DNA of 64,000 nt, taken from positions 10,540,001 through 10,604,000 of the forward strand of contig OZ176050.1 in NCBI GenBank assembly GCA_964247055.1. Reading direction: 5' to 3'. Positions 52,201 through 62,200 of this stretch are shown piece by piece (the stretch's first letter is position 1; every line of letters starts with the position of its first letter). The notes below the pieces were generated by a model. That model was not told where the DNA came from. It ran no database searches and saw nothing but the letters and a program-made list of their open reading frames with translations. Source of the DNA: Paragordius varius. Its lineage: Eukaryota; Animalia; Nematomorpha. Both the position numbers and the translations under genes were made by a program.

Positions 52201-55200
52201 CCTATGATACTAGCCTAAAATCTTTATTACCCCTTAAAAAACAAATATTTTAGTATAGGGGGGTTATTTAAATGAGTCGCTAAGTAAAATTTTACGCCCT
52301 GAAAAATGCGCCGCCATAAAACAATTTTTTGGTTTTGAAGCAATATTCCAAGAAATTATAGGAACATATGGAATCCATGATAATTCCAGATATTCCCCAT
52401 GTGTGAAGACAAAAATTTTTCCCAACGCTCTTTTTAATACCTGCCCCTATGTAAGGAGTTACCCGCTAAAAACTAGTATATAGAAATTGCGTTGTTTTGG
52501 AGCGAATTTACAGAAAATTTATGAAGCCATTAGAGCCCATTAAGGGCTTTAAATATTACCCATAACAAGGTAAAAATTAAAGTCAGGCGTTTTTTATCGT
52601 TAGTTTAGGTAGTTTATGGCCTAAAAATACGTCATTATATAACGATTATTTAGTGTTGAGGTATTTTTTCGAATAATCCATGAGACAAAAAATTGCAATA
52701 TTCTACATTTATGTAGGCTTTAAGGGTTTTTAACACTAAAGAAGTGTAGGGAATACCATTCCTAAGATGCATTAAAAGCTGTTTTGCCACCATCTTCTGG
52801 AGCTCTTCTTCTGTATATAGGATATCCATTGTTATCTGTAATCGTATTTGTTAATAAAAACCTGGGATACCGCTTGAAGCATATTCCATCTTTCATACAT
52901 GGGCACGTAGGGTTTAAATCGTTACAGGGTCCATGTATCATATATTTCATAACAACATCATTTAAATCTGTATCAATCGTAGGATCAGGTATTTTAGCGG
53001 ATATAAAAGAATCTATTTCACTTGACTGGTATTTTGGAATAAAGCCAAATCGATATATGTGCATGTGGTAGTCCCCTCTTTTGCCACTCGACTGAGTACA
53101 TCCAACATTGCACTGTACCAAACACCTCGAATCTAACTATACAATCATCAAAAATCTAAGCTTCTGAGATAGTAGTAGAATTTTTATAGATTTCCAAAGA
53201 GGATTACGTGTAAATGTAATAAATAAATCTGGCGCCCACATTGTGCCACATACGCGAGAGCATCCTGGGCATATAGATGCATATGACGAGGACTACCTAT
53301 GTATGAGGATGGTAGTATTGTAAATCTCCCAATATCGTTAATATTATATTCATTAATTAAAGCATCTCGCAGGTGTATATATATATTCTTCAGAACAAAG
53401 TTTAGCCTGATTTAACCGAAGATATAACATACGCTCTGTTTTCATTTTTGCATACATATCTACAATGTATTGGTGAAATAATTGTCGGCATCTTAAAATA
53501 TGATTATCCTGACCGTCCCTTATCATTAATCGATACGAATAATATTTCATTGCGCTACATTTTTTATTAATTTCTTGTTTGGTGATAGATTAATCATTAT
53601 AACATTAAAAATTATATCCATCTCTGCCATCCTAGAATATTAGTGGATATTGTAATAATAAATTATTGCAATGGATCAAGTTCAACTATATCATCACCAA
53701 CAAAATATATTTGTAAAAAATTGTGATGGCTCCCTTGTGCCGGAAGCAAAGAGCCTGCCTTTGGATTTGACCTTTTACTTATAAAAGTTAGTTCATTAAT
53801 TTATACTATATCAGTTCCAAACGATGTCATTTGAAAGCAAGAATTGTACCCCCTAATATTTTGCAAAAAATGTTTAGAATCAGGAGTAGTATTGGCTAGA
53901 AGATTATTTAATGTCATGGGTAAACTCTGAAATGGTGGTAAATACACCTTACGTGATGCACAACATAGCCCTTTGGATTCATTTTTAAATCTTAGAGCAT
54001 TACAATAGGAACATATTATACTCATGGAGCCAATGTCATCCTCACGTAATGCGTGATAGTCGATATCTGTATCATAATGAAAGGCTAAACGATGGTATTG
54101 AGGTTAGCATCCATTACCATTGGTGTATGTAAATTTTTAACATGGGTCCTATAGATAAAATCGCTTTATCTATAATACAAATAGAACAGCAATACGCATA
54201 CAAGGTCCATCATGCTGATCTGTTGTTTGGCTCTTGATTTGAAATTAATGTTATAACATAATGGAGTAGGAGTGCACGATACAGCGGGAACATTATGATA
54301 CAGATATCGACTATCACGCATTACGTGAGGATGACATTGGCTCCATGAGTATAATATGTTCCTATTGTAATGCTCTAAGATTTAAAAATGAATCCAAAGG
54401 GTTATGTTGTGCATCAGGTAAGGTTCATTTACCACCATTTCAGAGTTTACCCATAACATTAAATAATCTTCTAGCCGATAATACTTCTGAATCTAAACAT
54501 TTTTTGCGAAATATTAGGGCAAATTCCTGCTTTCAAATGACATCATTTGGAGCTGATATAGTACCAACTAATGAGCTAACTTTTAGGGTGAGAGGTCAAA
54601 TCTATCATAAAGCAGGTTCTTTACTTCCACAACAAGGGATTGATCACAAATTTTTACAAATATATTTTGTTGGCGAAGATACGGTTGAATTTGGTATCCG
54701 TTGCAATAATTATATCAATCTTAAGAGGCCAATATTAATGCAGTTACAGGAAATATTACATCGTCATAATCAGTTGGTGAAATTGTTCAAAACAGCTATA
54801 GATATGATGCCGTATGATACGCATAAAATTGTTATTCATGCTGACAAAGTGCCTCATGGCCAACATGAACGCAGATATAATGCTCCTACAATGGATGAGG
54901 TGGCGATTGTTATGGACGGCGATCATTTTTATTCAAGAGATATTGTTCTTCACCTGAGAAGCAATAACCTAAAAAATGTGTCCTAAACTCATAGATGTTA
55001 CGATCCACTACAATATCCACTATTATTCTGGGATGGCACAGATGGATATAATTTTAATGTTAAAATGATTAATCCTATCACTAAACAAGAAACTAATAAA
55101 AAATGTAGCGCTATGAAATATTATTCCTATCGTTTAATGATAAGGGACGGTGAGGATAATCATATTTTAAGATGCAGACAATTATTTCACCAATACATTG

Positions 55201-57457
55201 TAGATATGTATGCAAAAATAGAAACAGAACGTATGTTATATCTTCGCTTAAATCAGGCTAAACTTCGTTCTGAAGAATATATACACTTACGATGCTATAA
55301 TTAATGAATGTAACAACGATATTTGGAGATATACAATATTACCATCTTCATACATAGGTAGTCCTCGCCATATGCATGAATATGCCCAAGATGCGCTCGC
55401 GTATGTGGCACAGTGTGGGCGGCCAGATTTATTTATTACATTTAAATGTAATCTTATTTGGGAATCTATAACTGTTCTCCTACTCCCTGGACAGGCCCCA
55501 AAAGATAGGCACGACATCACAGCTCGAGTGTTTAAGCAAAAGCTTAGATCTTTAATTGAATATATAGTTAAATTAGATGTGTTTGGTGAAGTGCAATGTT
55601 GGATGTACTCAGTGGAATGGCAAAAGAGGGGATTACCAAATGCACATATATTGATTTGGCTTTATTCAAAAATAAAGTCAAGTGAAATAGATTCTATTAT
55701 ATCCGCTGAAATACCTGATCCTATGACTGATAAAAAATTAAATGAGGCTGTTTTGAAATATATGATACATGAACCCTGTAACGAATCAAACCCAAGGTGT
55801 CCATGTATGAAAGATGGAAGATGCTCCAAGCGATATCCCAGTTTATTAACAAATACGATTACAGATAACAATGGACCTTTATACAGAAGAAAAGCTCCAG
55901 AGGATGGTGGCAAAACAGCTTTAATGCATCTTAGGAATGGTGACGTAGAAATAGATAATCGATGGGTGATTCCCTACTCCCCCTTATTGTTAAAAACCTT
56001 TAAGGCTCACATAAACGTAGAATATTGCAATTCTGTAAAATCGATCAAATACATTTGCAAGTATATAAAAAAAGGCAGTGATATGGCTGTTTTTCGCGTC
56101 CAACCTGAAATTGCAAGTGAAAATATTAAAGATGAAATATCCCAGTATTAGTCAGGAAGATATATAAGTAGCAGTGAGGCTGTTTGGCGAATATTTTCCT
56201 TTCCCATACATGAACGTAGCCCTACAGTTGTTCATTTATCAATACATTTAGAAAATGGGCAACGTGTCTATTTTACACCTTCTAATGCCATAGAGGTAGC
56301 TAGAAAGCCACCAGATACTACTATAATTGCTTTCTTTAAGTTATGCCAAAAGGACGCCTTTGCGAAAACATTCCTATTACATATGGAACTCTAAAAAAGA
56401 ATTCGAACGGCGCAAGCGAGAGATTCAGTTGCTAGTCTGGTATATGTAAAGGTGCGGCATTACGAATGTTTTTTACTTCGTCTGTTATTGATAAATGTGA
56501 GAGGACCATCTTCATTTAACAATTTGAAAACCGTAAACGGTGTTTTAAATCATACGTTTCGCGGTGCATGCCAGGTGCTCAAGTTGTTGGAAAATGATCA
56601 ACATTGAGATTTATGTATCCATGATGCCCCAAACATCCTACCCTCATCAAATACGTACTTTGTTTGCTATTATATTAAAGCTTCACCCTCATAACCGGCG
56701 GAGCTATGGGAAAAAAAATCAAATGTCTGAGGACATCTTGCTGCAGTACTGTTCAGGTAATTTAATAATAATAACGATGAAGTAGAAATTTTTAATAACG
56801 CTTTGCTAAAAATAAAATTCCCCACCCCAACTTCTTCGCGCTGCGTAGCAGGCCGATTGCGCTAAATTATATTTATGTAAATAAAACCATTTGTATCCAT
56901 TTCATTGGTGTCATCCTCCATTTGAGTCGCATTCAATGTTTCTTCATCTTCGTTTATCCAATTATCAACAGTGACTTGATTAAAACCACGATTTATTAAT
57001 TGTCTAAAATGCGTAAAATAAAAAGGATTTATGAATTACCCAAATATACCAAACCGTCTATTATTCAATAAAATGTAAACAAGTTATATAACATACCATA
57101 TCATAAAAATATTTCAGCCCTTCATATAATTGAAAAATATATCATTTTACATTGTCCAATTTACTTAAAACAACGATAAATATAACTATTTAAATTTTTT
57201 TAAAATTTACGAGATTATGGTTTTTAAAGATATTTTATTGTTAGGTGACAAAGTGAGGGAGGCGACCCTTTAAAGAAAATTTATTAAATTATGGTAAATA
57301 TTTGTATATTTTAATCAGCATAAGAAAGCGAATACCGATAGCTATTTATTATGTGATTTAACATAGTCTCCTTAAAGACTTTACAGTTATAATATATAAA
57401 CATTATTTTTAGTACTCAAATGAATGCTGTTATATACTAACAGTTATGTTCATAACA

Positions 57458-57526
<69 letters not shown>

Positions 57527-59025
57527 ATACATTTTAAGATTTTCTTTCCTCCTATGTAAGTCCATAAGAACTGGTTTTAATTGATTGAAATGAGTTTCCA
57601 ACTCACCACATTTGGTTTCGTGTTGATTAATTTTTTGTTGAAGGGCCGTTAAATGGTTCAACAATTGTACACGTTTAGTTTGCATGGTTGACATGTTATT
57701 CTCAATGATAGACATATCCCTTCCACTAAGCATAGTAACGTAAGTTTGAGCATTACGGGTCAAGAGCAACATTTGACGATCAAACGCTTCAATCAGGCAA
57801 TTAAGTGCATGAGCCGCTGCAAACATAGCATATGTACTTTAAATTAATCTTTTCAAATTTACCCTTAAACAATTTAATAAGAGTTTCAACATTTTATATA
57901 TAAACCATTTACGCCTCAAATTCATTCTTAAACACTTCTGGATTCCGGATATTTTAAATCCGCAAACATTCCAACACAACAATCTCCACTTCATTTTAAA
58001 ATTCAAAAATTTAATACTTATTTCTGGGCTAAATTGACTTATGAATAAGATTAAATTTGTTTTAAACAAAGTTTTTTATTGGATAATATTTTTAAAAAAT
58101 AGGTAGTTTTGGATTTAAATGCCTGAATAATTATATTTTGTTATATGATTATCTATATTTTTGAAAAAAACAACTTATAAACTATAGTAAAACGATAAAA
58201 AATTAATAAATTTCATCTAAATTATTGATTCGGCCTAAAAACCGATAAATTATTTACAGTTTATTTGTGAAATAAATGGTATCTGGAGCTATCTCCAAAA
58301 AAATTTTACGCTTTGTTTAAAAGAACAAAAGCTTTAACAACAAATCATAATGTTTAAATATTACCTTTTCGATCTTTTTCCAATGTTGATCGGGTTAAAT
58401 TTAATTGTACATAGGTACGATTAGCAATACGGGATTTCATTAGATGTTTTTGAGCAATATTTTGCAATAAAGAACGATATGATATGGGAGATTTTTTAGG
58501 TGAACATCCTATTAAATTATCGCTATCCTCCATAAATTTGTTGCTCTCATGACCATTAGATGATTTGGATGACGATCTAGATCGGTAAGAAGATTTACAA
58601 ACAGGTTCTCCCAATTTTATATCAAGAGATCTATTATATTCAATGAGAGAATGTGATTGATAAAATTCAATTAAATTTTGAAGGCTTGTAAATGCCAAGG
58701 GTTTGGCAAACCCGTATTTTCCATGTTCAAAGTAAATCTTTATCAGTTTGTTGGTCATATCTTTTCTATATTAATGTATAATTAAAGGTCATACCTCAAC
58801 GTAAGGGTAAACTCCTTATATCGTTTTTGATTTAAAGAATATCTCACTAAAAAGGATCCGTCACTAGCTCCATTCAATAACTGGTCACAAAACACTCTGT
58901 CTACATTACCCCAAAACCAATCGATATTTTCTAAGGAATCATCGTCAATATGTTTCGCTATAATTATTAAATTAAACAATAATACATGGAGATCCATATC
59001 CCGAATCATCCGTTACTTTGGTCAT
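49207..59025 (-). CDS. PIK3R: Class IA PI3-kinase regulatory subunit, p55/p60 type (nSH2-iSH2-cSH2, no SH3/RhoGAP); 8 exons, 503 aa
   Basis: Exons 59025-58986, 58957-58795, 58765-58365, 57816-57531, 57003-56888, 50725-50603, 50502-50349 and 49435-49207 splice GT-AG, in phase (1512 nt). nSH2: WFWGNVDR..DGSFLVR..FTLTLR..NKLIKIYFEHGKYGF. iSH2: QLKPVLMDL. cSH2: RAENLLRRKEMGTFLIR..VRHCLI..YGFAEP..SLVEHNAELN. Confidence 0.93.
51420..52690. repeat. Diverged ~320-bp tandem repeat, about 4 units, within the Helitron 5' region
   Basis: ATATGGAATC recurs at ~51733, ~52051 and ~52366. GCCCT.AAAAATGCGC and (T)CCAG.T.TT recur with the same period. Confidence 0.75.
52691..54079 (-). pseudogene. Inverted, internally deleted Helitron Rep fragment
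   Basis: Minus strand: LAFHYDTDIDY, MSIICSYCNALRFKNESKGLCC, YYSYRLMIRDG, WQKRGLPHAHI, IHGPCNDLNPTCPCMKDG. It is the reverse complement of parts of 54291-56033. Confidence 0.9.
54291..56815 (+). pseudogene. Helitron Rep (HUH endonuclease) region, frameshifted, PIF1 helicase domain absent
   Basis: PDLFITF, VEWQKRGLPNAHILIW (HUH motif with His to Asn), SIKYICKYIKKGSD (YxxKY tyrosines), LLINVRGPSSF. Several stops and frameshifts. Coding homology stops just before the 3' terminus. Confidence 0.92.
57461..57523. repeat. (TA)n microsatellite, the longest of many (others ~5484, 8483, 12178, 12468, 24415, 27414, 28729, 34481, 42571)
   Basis: Direct inspection. Confidence 0.95.
58766..58794 (-). other. 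29-nt GT-AG micro-intron (PI3K regulatory subunit intron 2)
   Basis: GTATGACCTTTAATTATACATTAATATAG. Removing it restores the SH2 sequence FTLTLR|KDMTNKLIKI. Confidence 0.9.
58958..58985 (-). other. 28-nt GT-AG micro-intron (PI3K regulatory subunit intron 1)
   Basis: GTATTATTGTTTAATTTAATAATTATAG. Removing it joins MTKVTDDSGYGSP to SKHIDDDSLENIDWFWG in phase. The N-terminus is not conserved, so support is weaker. Confidence 0.7.
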
Positions 59026-59063
59026 ATTGAACACAGCACTTTTTACATGAATGTGTGGAAAAG
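59026..59063. promoter_or_regulatory. 38-bp interval between divergent start codons of the PI3K subunit and endosulfine genes
   Basis: Minus-strand ATG at 59025 and plus-strand ATG at 59064. A shared or overlapping promoter/5' UTR is inferred, not shown. Confidence 0.5.
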
Positions 59064-59646
59064 ATGAATACTATTATTGAAGAATCAAAATCGTCTCCTG
59101 AAAAGTCTGATGTCGCTAATCAATGTATCGATGAAAAGCAAAAATTTCAAGATAAATACCAAATGAAAAAGCCATTGACGTCTAATTTTTTGTGTAAGAG
59201 ATTGCAAAAAGGAGTAAAAAAATTTATAAATTTAGCAAAAATATTTTGACTCTGGTGATTATAATATGGCTCTATCGAAGAGAAAGATGTTTGCAGACAA
59301 AGTGTTAGCTGTTTCTGACGTAACTAAACAAGAAGAAATTATGAATATTCAGAAAAAATATGAAGATAATTTGCAAAACGCTCAGGAGACGGAAACTGAA
59401 GAAAAACAACAAAGCAATATCCTAATTCATGTGCCATCTATAACAACCACTACCGATAACGATGATTTGGATGAAATAACCGGACATATTATACCAACAC
59501 CTGACAATGTTCCTATGCGAAAAGCTTCGATTCCCTTATCCGGTAACACAATTGGATTGCCTGGAACCCTCAAATCTTCTCAACAATCTCACCCATATTT
59601 AACCGTTTTACAAGGTCAAGCACACCGTCATTCAACAGCCTCCTAA
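59064..59646 (+). CDS. ENSA: Endosulfine/ARPP-19 family PP2A-B55 inhibitor; 2 exons, 186 aa
   Basis: Exons 59064-59213 and 59236-59646 give SNFLCKRLQKG|QKYFDSGDYNMA (Greatwall phosphorylation site FDSGDY) and ITGHIIPTPDNVPMRKAS. Confidence 0.93.
59214..59235 (+). other. 22-nt GT-AG micro-intron (endosulfine)
   Basis: GTAAAAAAATTTATAAATTTAG. Exact removal rebuilds the invariant KRLQKGQKYFDSGDY motif. Confidence 0.95.
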
Positions 59647-59907
59647 ATTTTTTAATATATTTTTTTAATATATTGAATTTATAATATACTTGATTTCATG
59701 ATTATTCTAACTTATGTGTATAAATTTTGAAAAAAAAATATCTAATGCGTTTTATTTCTTTGCTGATCCCGTCTAATATAAATCTAAGACCTTATTTAGG
59801 GAATACTCATTATAATTACATTGTTAAAAAGGGTGCCTCTATTTTAAAGTCATAAACTAACTGAAAACGACCATAATTAGTCGGAAGACATGGCAAAGGT
59901 TTTAGAA

Positions 59908-61345
59908 CAGTGATACTCAAACCGCGGGCCGCATGGGCCCTAAGAGTGCTTTGAAATTGCCCTATGCCCATATTGATACTTAAATTATTTTTTATTCATC
60001 ACATCAACAAATTTTCGCTTATTTTAATATTAATTTATTTTCTTACAATTTGAAATGCAGAAAAATTCCCTACATTAAAATGATTTCAAAAATTTGTCAT
60101 ATGTTGTTTCTCTGTATTCTATTTTATTATTTTGAAATTTTTATTCCATTCCCTTTTGAATAATTCTTACACCCAAACTTCCATATATATTCTTTTCATT
60201 GCTATCCTATTATTTTTAATAACGTATGCCCATAAAATATTTTCGAATCAACATCATTAAATTTCGACTTATTTTTTTATAGCATAATTCAAATTATATT
60301 CCTATTTTTTGAAAAAACTTACATAATTAAAACATAAATTCAAAGGATAACATTTAATGGTAAAAAACGTAAATTATGCGAAAATTGCTCCTTTATAAAG
60401 AATATGAAGAAAAATTTTTTTTCGCGTTAAATAAAAATGTTGTTACCTGCCTTATATGTAAGGACAACATAATCAACGAGGAATTAAAATAGTTACCAAT
60501 TAAGAATACACGAAAGAAATCGATTTTCTCGAAATATAAACTCTTCACGATAATAATGGTATATCTATGAAAAAATTGGTTTCAATCTGCACAGATGGCT
60601 ATCCACTATGATTAAAATAAACAAATAATTAATTCTTTTGAAAAACAAAATAATTTGCAAAATATTTTATCCTTTCCCTGTTTTATTCATCAGCGAAACT
60701 TGGTTTCGCATGTATTAGATGAATCACCCAATTCAGTAACTAATACGTAGTGGATATAGTTAACCACATCCGTAGCAAAGACTTTAACCCCCGTATATTA
60801 AAACTTTTGATTACTAGCCTGCCTTTGCGCCATTACTAAATACAAGATAAATACACTCCTATATTTTCCAATACTTAAAACGATTCATGAAGAATATATG
60901 GAATTTACCGCAGAGATCAATTTAATAATAGGCAATTTAATATTTTTATCCAATAAGATGAAATTCAGAATTCAGGAATTTAGAAATATTAAAAATTGCC
61001 CAAAACTCGTTGAAAATCCTAGGCATATGGATATATCCAATATTAAGCAACTTGCGCATTGGGGTTTTGATCTGGCGAATATCATTTCAGTTGATTTTAA
61101 GATGATTCCGATTCGGAGGCTTTACTCAAGGAGAATCGTAGAAAAGAAAGATATGTAGACTTTTGGCAAGATGTGCCCAATAAATATGAAAAATATAAAA
61201 AAATCTGTCAAGTTATCCTAACTCTTTTTCCCTCAACTTACACCTGCGAGACGGCATATTCAGAAATGAAGTATGCCAGGAATACATATAATCGCTTAAC
61301 CGATATGGACCACGTATTTAAGATTGGCTTGTCATGAGGCGAAAC
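59908..61345 (+). mobile_element. Degenerate hAT (Buster/SPIN-like) transposon
   Basis: Left TIR CAGTGATACTCAAACCGCGGGCCGC at 59908. Transposase remnants VNHIRSKDFNPRIL (~60760) and FPSTYTCETAYSEMKYARNTYNRL (C-terminal dimerisation motif, ~61230). Confidence 0.7.
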
Positions 61346-61409
61346 TAAATTTCTCAAAAATTATTGGTATTAAAATAAATATTATCAAAATATTTTAATT
61401 TTTTAAACT

Positions 61410-62200
61410 AAATGGTGGAAAACGAGTTTTTAGCTGGGTTTACATGCGATCGGCAAAAAATTCATTGTGCGGATTTATAGTATAATCAAATAGCTATGGA
61501 TTGCCATTATCAGGTTCATGGCCCTCGAAAAAAATAAATATTTTATTTGGCCCGTCAAATTTTTTTGGTGGGTACCACTGCAAATGTTTTTGGGGATAGC
61601 GTTGTGTCTTAACGGTTTCACTGGGTTTCAGAGTGGATATTATTGTTTTGGTCTCAAACATGGAGCATGGTCTTCTTGCCAAATATTTTTTCGCTTTGGA
61701 TGTACAAAAAGAGTCATTCTCATCACCCGTCCAAATTTCATGCAAAGATACTTTTGTGACTCTTAAGTAAGGTTTCACAAGTTATTTAGTGATTTTCGAT
61801 TTGACGTTCATTTAAATCGTGTGGACCCATTTACCGAGTTAATTGGTCTTTTCCATCGCTCGTAGATATCTATTATTTTGTGATGCATGTAGTGCTTATG
61901 ACGATTGTTGTTAAATTTGAGTGTCTTCACTTTATCTTCGCAGTCGTGGGTCTAAAGCGCCTAAATTTTAATTTCGAATCGATGCTTCACATGTGTTAAT
62001 CGTTTGAGCATATCCATCATATTGCCAGTAAGCAATAATTTTCAACATCCTTTTTTTCTAATAATGCACGCCTTTCATATTGCGCACATTCGATAATTAC
62101 TGAATGGACGCTACCTTTTAACGGACTCAAATTGAAAGTTACAGGGTCTGTATCTTAATCGTCTACATGATTTTCGCTGAAGCCTTTTCTTAGTCAAACC
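61410..62200 (-). mobile_element. Degenerate mariner transposon, 3'-truncated
   Basis: The minus strand has the CGATTAACACATGTGAA block shared with the other mariner copies, and IWTGDENDSF (cf. IVTGDEKW, first catalytic Asp). Confidence 0.7.

Larger units (their letters stand above)
51050..56866 (+). mobile_element. Rearranged, formerly autonomous Helitron inside PI3K intron 5
   Basis: Starts with the same subterminal repeat as the 1.9-kb Helitrons, then ~320-bp units, an inverted Rep fragment and a forward Rep. Ends in CTTC.TCG.GCTGCGTAGCAG..GCTAA, related to the 38511-38548 terminus. Confidence 0.85.

Noticed and set aside
52691-56815. A novel two-gene divergent Rep operon or viral (CRESS-type) replication module
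   Set aside because: Both arms are broken copies of the same Helitron Rep, bounded by Helitron termini and repeats; no capsid or other viral gene is present.
57837-57862. Candidate 26-nt micro-intron in the PI3K gene
   Set aside because: The putative upstream exon has an in-frame stop. The TTTGCAG acceptor at 57817 gives a correct phase-1 join and proper iSH2 spacing without it.
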